From: Patescibacteria group bacterium
GTDB taxonomy: Bacteria; Patescibacteriota; Patescibacteriia; UBA10025; JAHIVO01
Assembly (NCBI GenBank): GCA_041660605.1
Contig: JBAZWB010000001.1
Location: 814,503 to 878,502 of the forward strand
Length of the DNA stretch: 64,000 nucleotides
Reading direction: 5' to 3'
A model generated the notes under the pieces. The model was not told the DNA's origin and made no database searches. It worked only from the letters and a program-made list of their open reading frames with translations. Shown in pieces: positions 8,459 to 18,207 of the stretch; within the stretch, counting starts at the first letter, position 1; each line of letters begins with the position of its first letter. A program made the translations under genes and the position numbers.

Positions 8459-11400
8459 ATGAAGGGAGAGGACAAGCCCGCTTGTCCTACTCCTTTATTA
8501 ACCCTTAACCATAAGAATATGAAAACCAGATCTTTCAGCCCTAAAAAAATATTTCCAAAATCTCGTCTAAGATTTTTAAACATAGTCTTGGCGTTTTTAA
8601 TTACTTTTTTACCCTTTTACCCCGCTGCTTCAGCTCTGGCTGATGAGCCAACCACTTCAGCCCCCATAAACTGCACGGATATTTTAAATAACGGAACGGC
8701 GCTGCAGGGCATTCCGGAGGGTTGCTGGGCACAGGTTGCTGTAAACGAAAACTTTTGCACCAATTTATTCAGCCCAGATAATAATGTAATCGTTGGCCTG
8801 GACTCTATGAGAGCATATTTCACTCAAAGCTGCCTTAACCTTAATGCCTCCCCGACTATTACAACCACTGACCCATTATCAAATGTTGCGACAAATGATC
8901 CAAACTCAACCAATCCACCCGCAATAACACCTGACTCGCAAAATATTACCCCACCCACCCCTGCCGACCAGAACCAAGTAGTCCTGGACACCACCACTCC
9001 AGTCAACGACGGATCGGCAAATCCCCAAACTATCAGCCAGCCAGTTGATCAAATACCCCCTGACCAGCTGGCTTTTGATACTTCTCCTGCTTTAACCCCA
9101 CCGCCATCAGACCCCTCAACAGGAACCCAGACACCACCAGCAGATCAGGCCACTGATCCAAATACTCCTCCACCTCCGCCAGATGGCATAGTAAACGCTA
9201 CCCAGCAGGCCAGCTCAAATACAACCGCCACTAGCCAAAGCAATACTGGCACAAACGATGCCAGCAATAATAACGGTGATGTAAATATAAATACCGGCAA
9301 TGCGACTGCCGGCGTGGACAATCAAAATGTAATTAATACAAACATTGTAGAAAATCAACCGCCTGCTCCGGCTAACGCAGATGTCAATTCAGGTGCTACC
9401 GTAAATCAATTGGGTGATCTCGTATCCAACATCACAACACCGGGGACCGACAATAGCCCGATGGCGCCGGATGGCCAAATACCGACAGACACTCCACCAA
9501 CTGCTGACAGCCAAAATAATACAAATCAGAATTCCGGCAACAATCCGGGTGCTGATAATTTCGCCGGCACCACACAGGATGCTACTGTGGCAAACACTGT
9601 CGGCGTCAACGCTAATACTGGAAACAATACTGCCAATAACAATGACGGGGACGCCACTGTTCAGGCTGGCGATGCTTCGGCTTTAGCAAATGTGGTAAAT
9701 ATTATTAACACGAATGTCGTCAGCGGCAATGCAGCGCAGGTAGTTATCGATGTGGCAGATCAATTCGTGGGCAATATAAATCTCCTGGATATATTAATGA
9801 GCCTGCTCGGGCAGGGAGGCGGCAATAATTCAATTTCATCTTCAACCGCCCAGCAAGCTTCCCTGCAAAATGATATTAATGCCTCTTCCAATACCGGCGG
9901 CAACACAACAAATAATAATGGCGGCGATGGAACAGTAGTTACTGGAAATGCCAATTCTGCCGTCAACTTATTTAATATCGTTAATACCACTATCGAGGGT
10001 TCAAATGTCCTGATTTCATTTGTAAATATATTCGGGAACTGGATTGGTAATTTGATTGTGCCTGGCCAGGGTATATTACCGGCTGGCCAGCAGACAGCTT
10101 CAGTGCAATCCAACTCCCAGCAAACCGCGACAGTCTCTAATACCGTGGTGACAGATGCTTCCACCGGATCCAATACTGCCAGCAATAATAACGGCGACAG
10201 CTCTGTATCTACCGGACAAGCTATTACCCTGGCGGCGATTTATAACTCCCTTAATAACAATGTCACGGGTGATAATATGCTTCTAATAATGCCGAATATA
10301 TTCGGAACTTGGAACGGAACAATTATAAATAATCCTTTGGGTGGCCCAATAAATCCGAACCAGCCTAATGGTTATGGTTTTTATTTTACTAATGGTGCCA
10401 GCGGACTTTTTGGCGTCAGCAGCCAAAACACGCAGGATGCGACCATCAATAATAATGTTTATGTCACCGCCGTGACCGGCAATAACAGCGCCTCAGGCAA
10501 TAGCGGAGATGGCACAGTCATCTCCGGCCAGGCGGCAGCCCTGGCAAACATCATCAATATAGCCAATACGCACTTAATGGGTTCTAACTGGGCATTTACG
10601 GTAATCAATCTTTTCGGCAATTGGCAGGGCAATCTGGTTTATGCTTATCCCGATTTGGGTATAACCAATAGCAATGGCGACCACACTATCCCTGACACAG
10701 TCACCGCTGGCGACCAGGTTACCTATACTCTGCATTATCAAAACACCGGATATGCGGCAGCTGATCAGATAGCCATTCAAGATACTTTTCCGCAGCAGAC
10801 AGTCTTAATTTCAACTTCCGACGGTGGCCAAGCCAATAATGGCGTAATTACCTGGGATGCGGCTTCGCTCGCCGCGCAAAGCGACGTTCAGCAGGTTTCA
10901 TTTACCGTGCAGGTTCCGAAAGATTTAGTAAAGGAAAAGCAAACCACCACTATTACTAATCATGTTTCTATTTTTACCCAGACAAATGAGGTTAATCTTG
11001 ATAATAACGTTTCCGGCAGTTCGCTGACTGTTGTGGCCGCTGCCTCGCCTCAGACAAATCCGACTGAACCCACTACAAACAATCCTGCGGCTAAACCAAA
11101 ACTAGAACTAACCAAAACAAATGATGCGAGTGCGCCACTTAATCCCGGACAATCTGTTACCTATACAATCGTTGCCTCTTCGGTTGGCGATGCCCCAATT
11201 AAAAATTTGACGCTGAACGACGAACTGAAAAATACTCAGGGCAATGTCTCATTTTCCAAAATATGGAATTTTGACAATGTCCCGGTCGGAAAAAATATCA
11301 CGGTCACTTATTCTTTAACAATTCCGCAAGATGAGCAAGTCGGCGTATTTGATAATACTGTAGTGGCTACGGCAGACGGAATAAAATCTATCAGCGCCAG

Positions 11401-12088
11401 TTCTTCGGTTACCGTGCAGTTGCCGGATGCTAATTCGCCTCAAATACAATTGCCAGGGAATGAATTGGGTCCGACTACTGTACCGCCCCAACCAGTCCAA
11501 ACACCGGTCACCCATCTTATCGTCCAAAAAACCAACAACACTTCCGGACCTGTCAGCGCCGGTACGACTGTCAATTACAAAGTCACCGTCGCTAATGACG
11601 GAGATACCACGGTGAAAAATGTCAGCGCCAAGGATATTCTGACATCTGAAAATTTTCCCAATGTGGACTTGCAAAATAAAAATTGGCAAATGGGAGACAT
11701 TCAACCGGGCGAAATCGTCACGATCGCATATGATGTCGCGTATTCTCCTGTTACTCCGGCTGGCGTGTATGTCAATAATGTTGACCTGACCGGCACTGCC
11801 TCGGATAACAGCAAAGTTGACTATAAGGCATCCAGCATTATTAAAATAAAAAATTCAGTTGTCCCTACTCCAGCCTCAACGCCAAAAATTCTTGGAGCCT
11901 CAACCGATACAGGAAATCCACCTCCGCCGAGCAGCCCAAAACTGGTTATGGTACCTGACCAATCTGCCTCCGGAATAAAATCTCTGCTGCCTTGGTGGTT
12001 AATCGCGATTTCAGTAATTATGCTGTTAACTCTGTACTACATATCATATAATCGCGAACAGAAAAAAACGATAAAAACTGCCCAATAA
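8459..12088 (+). CDS. Giant surface protein: signal peptide, Pro/Thr/Asn-rich low-complexity region, at least five copies of a ~35-aa NTxNNNDGD-TVxTGxA repeat, DUF11-type repeats, and a C-terminal TM anchor. The true start is probably the ATG at 8519.
   Basis: Repeat copies include GNNTANNNDGDATVQAGDAS, GGNTTNNNGGDGTVVTGNANS, GSNTASNNNGDSSVSTGQAI and GNNSASGNSGDGTVISGQAAA. DUF11-like segments include TYTIVASSVGDAPIKNLTLNDEL and NYKVTVANDGDTTVKNVSAKDIL. C-terminal helix WWLIAISVIMLLTLYYISY. No LPxTG motif. Confidence 0.7.
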   Translation: MKGEDKPACPTPLLTLNHKNMKTRSFSPKKIFPKSRLRFLNIVLAFLITFLPFYPAASALADEPTTSAPINCTDILNNGTALQGIPEGCWAQVAVNENFCTNLFSPDNNVIVGLDSMRAYFTQSCLNLNASPTITTTDPLSNVATNDPNSTNPPAITPDSQNITPPTPADQNQVVLDTTTPVNDGSANPQTISQPVDQIPPDQLAFDTSPALTPPPSDPSTGTQTPPADQATDPNTPPPPPDGIVNATQQASSNTTATSQSNTGTNDASNNNGDVNINTGNATAGVDNQNVINTNIVENQPPAPANADVNSGATVNQLGDLVSNITTPGTDNSPMAPDGQIPTDTPPTADSQNNTNQNSGNNPGADNFAGTTQDATVANTVGVNANTGNNTANNNDGDATVQAGDASALANVVNIINTNVVSGNAAQVVIDVADQFVGNINLLDILMSLLGQGGGNNSISSSTAQQASLQNDINASSNTGGNTTNNNGGDGTVVTGNANSAVNLFNIVNTTIEGSNVLISFVNIFGNWIGNLIVPGQGILPAGQQTASVQSNSQQTATVSNTVVTDASTGSNTASNNNGDSSVSTGQAITLAAIYNSLNNNVTGDNMLLIMPNIFGTWNGTIINNPLGGPINPNQPNGYGFYFTNGASGLFGVSSQNTQDATINNNVYVTAVTGNNSASGNSGDGTVISGQAAALANIINIANTHLMGSNWAFTVINLFGNWQGNLVYAYPDLGITNSNGDHTIPDTVTAGDQVTYTLHYQNTGYAAADQIAIQDTFPQQTVLISTSDGGQANNGVITWDAASLAAQSDVQQVSFTVQVPKDLVKEKQTTTITNHVSIFTQTNEVNLDNNVSGSSLTVVAAASPQTNPTEPTTNNPAAKPKLELTKTNDASAPLNPGQSVTYTIVASSVGDAPIKNLTLNDELKNTQGNVSFSKIWNFDNVPVGKNITVTYSLTIPQDEQVGVFDNTVVATADGIKSISASSSVTVQLPDANSPQIQLPGNELGPTTVPPQPVQTPVTHLIVQKTNNTSGPVSAGTTVNYKVTVANDGDTTVKNVSAKDILTSENFPNVDLQNKNWQMGDIQPGEIVTIAYDVAYSPVTPAGVYVNNVDLTGTASDNSKVDYKASSIIKIKNSVVPTPASTPKILGASTDTGNPPPPSSPKLVMVPDQSASGIKSLLPWWLIAISVIMLLTLYYISYNREQKKTIKTAQ

Positions 12089-12804
12089 ATATACGTTAGC
12101 ATTGACGACCGGTTAATTAAAGGGAAAATTAACATTTTCAAACCGGCAAAACGGATTGGATCCTGATATCTTTTGCAGGCTCCAGGTTACAGGCTTCATG
12201 CAAAATTAATCTAAATTGTTTAATGTAAGATTAAATATCGGGTACGCAGGGCAATATAGGCCAGGCCTCTCGGATTAAATTCCACATAACATCTTTCTTC
12301 ACTTTTATCTTTATGCTCATTTATATAAATGGATAATGAAAATATACCTGATAATCAATAAATAAAGTTATCCACAGCATATTTAATGTAATAAACCCCC
12401 ATATAAATGCACCTTATTAAAAACATTGACAACAAAAATGTAAAAAAGTAAGATAAATAAACAAATATAAATACGCTTGACAAAAAAACAAAGATATATT
12501 AAGATAAGCCATTCAAATAGCACCTTTAGGCAGGGATCGACGTACCTTATACAATACATTCGGGGGAATGTAAAAAGCCAATATTGAGTTATAAATCGGA
12601 GGAAACTCGCAGAAAACACAAGTAAAAATAAAAAAGTCAGCTAAAATCAATTTAGAAATTCCATTTTTTGAAGCTAATAATTAGCTGATTTTGAACTTCT
12701 CTGTAAGATTTTTAAAATTTGTAACTCGATATTGGCTTTTTGTTTGCAAAAATTACCAACTTTTTAAATATTTATTAAAAAACTAAATTAACCTCCAAAA
12801 ACAT

Positions 12805-15800
12805 ATGAAAATCAATCTTTTACCGAAAAAACGCGAAATCAAAAAAATTACTTACAAAACTCTGCATTTCCTGACTTTATCCGCCCTGGTCTTTAATATG
12901 ACCATGGTCGGCGTTTTTATTACTCCAAAAGCCGCCAATGCCACAGTTACGCCGCCAACTCCGGTAGCCAACCCGGTACTGACACAAAGTTGTGGACTGG
13001 ATATTGGCCTTTTGGTTGATACTTCAGGGAGTATCGATAGCGGTGAAATGACTAAAATGAAGACCGCCTTAACCAGTTTTGCCAATGCATTTGTCGGCAC
13101 ACCGGCAGTTTTCAGCCTTTCGTCATTTGCCAATGAATCATATTTAAGACGAGCATTTTCCAGAACTCCTTCACAAATTGCTGCAGATATCAGTTCAGAC
13201 ATCCCGTCAGATGGCAATGGCTGGACCAACTGGGATTCAGGGTTAGCTCGCAGTTTTGCCACCTTTGATCCCCGACCGGCAAAACCCAATTTAATTGTTA
13301 TCGCGACAGACGGCAGTCCCAACACTTACGGTTATTTCCCAGATCCGACTGTCGAGCCGACTCATAATCCGGCAAATGCTGATGAATTAGCAGCCGGCCT
13401 TAATCATGCGATTGAACGCGCTAATACAATCAAAACTGCCGGAACAAGAGTTGTCGTACTGGGAATTGGCGATGACGAATCTGATCCATCCACGCCTGCG
13501 CAAAAAGTTGATAAGATGAAACAGATCAGCGGACCAAATGTCGCCTACACTACGGCCGATATAACCACTTCCACGGATGTAATCAAAGTTGAAAACTTCG
13601 ATGGCATTGGCGCGGCACTGAGTGAATTCGTCAACCAACTCTGCGGCGGAAAAATTTTAGTGCAAAAACAATTCGACACAAACGGCGATGGCATTGCTGA
13701 AATTACCGGAAGTTCAGCAGATGCAGCGCTTGCTGGTTATACTTTTGATGTTAATGGCTCCCCTTCAAATCCGACCCCTCAAGTTACCGCCAATACCGGT
13801 TCGTTATCGTTTGATGTTTTGAATGGCACCTACAGCGTTACTGAGACTAACTTGCCGGCCAATACGGAAATAGTAAACGGCAAATGCGTGAATGGCACGC
13901 AAAATGTCGGTACCTTCTCATTGGCGACAAAAACCGTTTCAGGATTGACCATGGGAACTGATGATAATATTTCCTGCACATTTCTGAACAAAAATGTATT
14001 TGGAAAACTAAAAGTTATAAAACAAGTTTCTGGCAGCACTGAACCAGTCTCCAGCTGGAGCATGTCAGTAAAAAAAGGCGGCGTGAATGTCGCCGGCAGC
14101 CCGCAACCCGGCAGCACGACTGGCACAGAATATAATCTTGAACCAGGCACTTATACTGTCGGAGAAACCGGACCTGGCGGATACGCGGCTTCCTTCTCAG
14201 CTAGCTGTCCAAGTGGAACAGCAACAGTTACTGCAGGTCAAACAACAACCTGCACAGTGACCAACACCCGCCAAACCGGAACCCTGATTGTGAAGAAAGT
14301 TGTCTCAGGCAGCACTGAACCGTCTGCCAGCTGGTCAATGCATGTGAAACAGGGAGACCAGGAAGTTTCAGGCAGTCCGGCCGCGGGCACTTCAGCCGGC
14401 ACTTCATATACTTTACCGACTGGAACATATAATATTTCTGAAACCGGCGGTCCGAGCAATTACACGGCCAGCTTTTCTGCTGACTGCGTCAATGGTTCAG
14501 CCACCGTTACTGCCGGCCAAACGGTTACCTGCACGGTAACCAACACGCGGGATACCGGGACAATTGAACTGAAAAAAATCTGGTCAGGTCCTGCCGGTCA
14601 GACAACGCTGAACATCGGCACTACCGCCGGTGCGAGCAATGTTGATACACAGCTGACAGGCGCGGCCGGAGCGCCACCGCTGACAACCGGACAGAACACG
14701 GTTAATACCGGCACTTACTATGTTTCAGAAACCGGCGGTTTATCAAACTACAATGCCGCACTCGTCTGCACTGACAATGGCTCACCAATTACTGTTGGCG
14801 TGAATAATTCCGTTAATGTTACCAAGGGCCATGCGGTTGTCTGCACGTTTACCAACACCCGCCAAACAGGGACACTGATTGTGAAGAAAGTTGTCTCCGG
14901 CAGCACTGAACCGTCTGCCAGCTGGTCAATGCATGTCAAACAAAGCGACCAGGAAGTTTCCGGCAGTCCGGCTGCAGGCACTTCCACCGGCACTTCATAT
15001 ACTTTGCCAACTGGAACATATAATGTTTCAGAAACCGGCGGTCCGAGCAATTTCACGGCCAGCTTCTCTGCTGACTGCGTCAATGGCACGGCCACCGTCA
15101 CTGCCGGGCAGACAGTTACCTGCACGGTAACTAATACCCGGGATACCGGCCACATTACATTTAATAAAATTGTCAGCGGCGGCTCTGCCCATGATAATGA
15201 TTTTACCTTTAGTGTTTACGGGCAAGATTACCACGATGGCGATATAGCTACATTACCGACCGGATCATATGCGCTGACAGAATCAGGCCCAATTGGCTAT
15301 ACTTTATCCGCAGCCAGCGGTGTTTGCAGCTTTAGCCCAAGTGCAGATAATAACGTAACTCTGACTGTCACCAAAGATGGCGGTACCTGCAACATCACCA
15401 ATACTCGCGATACCGGCACTATCACCGTGCATAAGTTTTTACAGCTGCCCGGCGAAGATCCAATCTACGATCCGGAAAACTGGTCATGGACATTATCAAG
15501 CCAGCACGGGAGCGTATCAGGCTTGGCTGGTGGAGATACAAAAACCGTACTGACCATCGACGAATATACAGTGGCTGAGGATACTTCAAATTTTCCTGAA
15601 AATAATTTCGCCACCACCTGGACTTGCAATGCTGTCGGTGATGAGAATACTCCGTTTGCTAACGGCACCGGCACTTCATTCAATTTCACCTTAACCCATC
15701 CGGGCCAGAACGTCGTCTGCACTTTCACCAATGTCCGCGAAACAACGGAGATTACCTTTGATAAAGTTGTTGTCGGCGGCAATGAGGCAGACAGTGCCTG

Positions 15801-17835
15801 GGCCTTTGCCATTGACGGCCAGGGAGCATATCACGAAGGCGATGTAGCAAGCTTACCGACAAACGAGGAATTTGATATTACCGAATCTTCACAGTTTGAT
15901 AATTTATACACTTTAACAGGTGCTTCAGGAATTTGCTCACTGGAAGATGGCCATTTAATTCTGAACACGGATTTTAATGAAGATTCCAGGATTCTTCAAA
16001 GTGAACTGCCCACCTGCATTGTGGAAAATACCCGCAATACCGGCAGCTTAACAGCCCATAAATTTATGGATGCTGACGGCAATCTGGAGACAACCGGAGA
16101 TCAAACCCCGGTTGCCGGCTGGACTATCGAACTCTGGCAGGGTGATAATAAAATTGACACCCAAGTAACCGGAGAAGACGGCAGCTACACCTGGAATATT
16201 CTGCCGACTGGAAATTATGTGGTGAAGGAAATATTCGACTCTGCAGATTATCAGGCTCTCACTGCCACTCAATTTCCGGCTGAAGTTACGACTAACGAAA
16301 ATGCAGAGGTAACTTTTTCCAATTTCAAGAAAATTGATTTAACCGCTTCCAAGTTAATGGACGCCGACGGTTCTGCAAAAACCACTCAAGACCGCTCAAC
16401 AGTTGCGGGTTGGACCATTGAACTCTGGCAAGGTGAGAATCTTCTAGGCTCACAGACCACCAATGAAGAGGGCTTTGTAGTTTTTGAAAACCTCGGGCCT
16501 GGTTCATATATAGTCAAAGAAGTATTCGATTCCAGTAAATACACCGCGCTGACTGAAACCGAAATGCAGGTTACGGCCGTCTCAGGTCAGGACCAAACAG
16601 TTTCATTCGTCAACTTTACCAACGAACCGGCCATTACTCTGGTAAAATCTATTACCAATTCCCATCTGATACCCGGAGGATTCATCAATTACCAGCTTTC
16701 CTACACCAATACCGGTAATTTAGACTTAACAAATGTTAAGCTCGTTGATGATTATCCTCAGCAATATCAGACAATAACTGATCCGGGAACTGGCATAGAC
16801 AATGGCGATACTCTTACCTGGATGATCGGCAATCTGGCAATCGGCGAGACTGGTACGGTGACTTATACAACTTCGATAAAATCCGATGTGCCTGGGAATA
16901 CCAATATCATCAACCTGGCCACCATCACATCAGACCAAACCGATCCCCTGACTGCTACAGCTACTGCCCTTGTTCCGCTTCCGCCGGTAGAGGGCCAGCC
17001 AGTGCTGACTATTACCAAGGCTGTAAATAAACTTTTTGTGAATCCCGGCAATCACGCTATCTACACGGTTACTGTTGCCAATTCTGGCGATGCTGCCGCT
17101 ATTAATGCTGAACTCTCAGACCTACTACCCGCTGGATTTACTTTCACAGAATTTGGTACTAGTACCCACACTTGGGCGCTGGGTGATCTGGCAGCCGGAG
17201 AAACTAAAATAATTACATATGAAGTGACTATCGGTACTGGCGTTACTGCCGGCAATTATGAAAACCTGGCCACTGTGCACGCAGATAACCACGGCAGCCT
17301 CCAGGCCAAAGTAAATCTGGAAGTCAGGGTGCCTAAAGTTCTAGCCGAGGAAGCAGAGCCATTGCTGACCATAGAAAAAACAGCGGACAAGGTATTCATC
17401 AACCAGGGAGATACTGTCACCTATACTATCAAGGTTACCAACCAGGGTGATGAGGACGCTGAGGCAGTAGCGCTGAACGTAAAAACTGAGGATTTCTTAC
17501 CGGCTGGATTCACTTTCGCTGACGGTAAAGTTTCCAAAATCTGGGAGCTTGGCGATATCCGCCCAGGCGAGACAAGAGTAATCACCTATACGGCTAAATC
17601 CGACAAGACTTTACTCCCCGGCAATTACGAGAACTTGGCTTCCGCCTGGGCTGATAATCATGACAAGGTTACAGATTCAGTAAAAGTTGAAGTGCGCAAA
17701 ATTAAAGTACTCGGCGAAGCCTTGCCGACTACCGGCGGTTCCCTGATGTTCTATCTGTATCTGCTGGCAATTGGCTTGATAATCGCTTTTGTCGGTTGGG
17801 TGCTGAAACTGACATTATCAACAAGCCGCGAGTAA
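12805..17835 (+). CDS. Giant LPxTG-type surface adhesin: signal peptide, vWA domain, multiple SpaA/prealbumin-like and Cna B-type domains, DUF11 repeats, and a C-terminal LPTTGG sorting signal
   Basis: vWA MIDAS motif DIGLLVDTSGSID...IATDGSPN. Repeated G-x-Y-x-[IV]-[SG]-ETG...TCTVTNTR modules. Cna B-like TAHKFMDADGN...GWTIELWQ...DGSYTWNILPTGNYVVKE, present twice. DUF11 modules include TYTVTVANSGDAAAINAELSDLLPAGFTF. C-terminus KVLGEALPTTGGSLMFYLYLLAIGLIIAFVGWVLK. Confidence 0.8.
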   Translation: MKINLLPKKREIKKITYKTLHFLTLSALVFNMTMVGVFITPKAANATVTPPTPVANPVLTQSCGLDIGLLVDTSGSIDSGEMTKMKTALTSFANAFVGTPAVFSLSSFANESYLRRAFSRTPSQIAADISSDIPSDGNGWTNWDSGLARSFATFDPRPAKPNLIVIATDGSPNTYGYFPDPTVEPTHNPANADELAAGLNHAIERANTIKTAGTRVVVLGIGDDESDPSTPAQKVDKMKQISGPNVAYTTADITTSTDVIKVENFDGIGAALSEFVNQLCGGKILVQKQFDTNGDGIAEITGSSADAALAGYTFDVNGSPSNPTPQVTANTGSLSFDVLNGTYSVTETNLPANTEIVNGKCVNGTQNVGTFSLATKTVSGLTMGTDDNISCTFLNKNVFGKLKVIKQVSGSTEPVSSWSMSVKKGGVNVAGSPQPGSTTGTEYNLEPGTYTVGETGPGGYAASFSASCPSGTATVTAGQTTTCTVTNTRQTGTLIVKKVVSGSTEPSASWSMHVKQGDQEVSGSPAAGTSAGTSYTLPTGTYNISETGGPSNYTASFSADCVNGSATVTAGQTVTCTVTNTRDTGTIELKKIWSGPAGQTTLNIGTTAGASNVDTQLTGAAGAPPLTTGQNTVNTGTYYVSETGGLSNYNAALVCTDNGSPITVGVNNSVNVTKGHAVVCTFTNTRQTGTLIVKKVVSGSTEPSASWSMHVKQSDQEVSGSPAAGTSTGTSYTLPTGTYNVSETGGPSNFTASFSADCVNGTATVTAGQTVTCTVTNTRDTGHITFNKIVSGGSAHDNDFTFSVYGQDYHDGDIATLPTGSYALTESGPIGYTLSAASGVCSFSPSADNNVTLTVTKDGGTCNITNTRDTGTITVHKFLQLPGEDPIYDPENWSWTLSSQHGSVSGLAGGDTKTVLTIDEYTVAEDTSNFPENNFATTWTCNAVGDENTPFANGTGTSFNFTLTHPGQNVVCTFTNVRETTEITFDKVVVGGNEADSAWAFAIDGQGAYHEGDVASLPTNEEFDITESSQFDNLYTLTGASGICSLEDGHLILNTDFNEDSRILQSELPTCIVENTRNTGSLTAHKFMDADGNLETTGDQTPVAGWTIELWQGDNKIDTQVTGEDGSYTWNILPTGNYVVKEIFDSADYQALTATQFPAEVTTNENAEVTFSNFKKIDLTASKLMDADGSAKTTQDRSTVAGWTIELWQGENLLGSQTTNEEGFVVFENLGPGSYIVKEVFDSSKYTALTETEMQVTAVSGQDQTVSFVNFTNEPAITLVKSITNSHLIPGGFINYQLSYTNTGNLDLTNVKLVDDYPQQYQTITDPGTGIDNGDTLTWMIGNLAIGETGTVTYTTSIKSDVPGNTNIINLATITSDQTDPLTATATALVPLPPVEGQPVLTITKAVNKLFVNPGNHAIYTVTVANSGDAAAINAELSDLLPAGFTFTEFGTSTHTWALGDLAAGETKIITYEVTIGTGVTAGNYENLATVHADNHGSLQAKVNLEVRVPKVLAEEAEPLLTIEKTADKVFINQGDTVTYTIKVTNQGDEDAEAVALNVKTEDFLPAGFTFADGKVSKIWELGDIRPGETRVITYTAKSDKTLLPGNYENLASAWADNHDKVTDSVKVEVRKIKVLGEALPTTGGSLMFYLYLLAIGLIIAFVGWVLKLTLSTSRE

Positions 17836-17862
17836 TCAATTTACTTCGGCGAGAGAAATACA

Positions 17863-17897
17863 AAAAGACCCTGCGGTTTTACCCGGGGTCTTTTTGG
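17863..17897. terminator. Rho-independent, near-palindromic terminator of gene 12805..17835; also the 5' boundary of repeat copy A
   Basis: AAAAAGACCC-tgcggttttacccg-GGGTCTTTTT, with an A-tract before and a T-tract after. Confidence 0.75.
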
Positions 17898-18128
17898 TTT
17901 ATCGCTTTGTCACATCGAGCCCCTCGACTATGCTCAGGGTAACCACCTCCCCCTTAGCAAAGGTTATTGATTTAGTCTTGCCTTTATGTGGCCCCTCCTT
18001 AGTAGGAGGGGTGGACACCTCCCCAGTAAACTCAAGTGGTATTACTGGCGTCTTTCTCCCCTCCTTGGAAAGGAGGGGAATTGTCTCAGCACTAGTAATA
18101 GCAGAATGATAGTGATGAGGGGTGGTTA
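17863..18128. repeat. Structured intergenic repeat, copy A: terminator, about 40 bp, then a conserved core of about 185 bp with CCCCTCC/GGAGGGG hairpins
   Basis: About 85-90% identical to 23514..23574 plus 24009..24190. Contains the hairpins CCCCTCC-ttagta-GGAGGGG and CCCCTCCTT-gga-AAGGAGGGG. A 1-nt indel between copies breaks both overlapping ORF frames. Confidence 0.7.
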
Positions 18129-18207
18129 GAATAACTACCACCCCCCCCCTTGACAGACCCCCTAGTATTAGGCTAAGGTATGTGATTAACAAGTGCATAA
18201 CTTTTGA

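Noticed and set aside
12383-12619. 78-aa minus-strand ORF in the 715-bp intergenic region
   Set aside because: Extreme Phe/Leu/Ile/Tyr low-complexity translation of AT-rich DNA. No RBS. Inconsistent with neighbouring transcription.
14278-15150. Possible diversity-generating retroelement (template and variable repeat pair) in the giant adhesin
   Set aside because: Differences between the two copies affect all four bases, not preferentially adenines. No reverse transcriptase or Avd-like gene exists in the window. The copies are whole domains in the same gene, so this is an ordinary tandem duplication.
17894-18198. ORFs 17894..18109 (+) and 17899..18198 (-), and the N-terminal 80 aa of ORF 23627..24199, lying inside the intergenic repeat
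   Set aside because: Both strands give ORFs, a sign of a GC-rich palindromic sequence. The two copies differ by a 1-nt indel inside a hairpin, which destroys either reading frame while preserving the stem. The apparent protein similarity is a by-product of nucleotide conservation.
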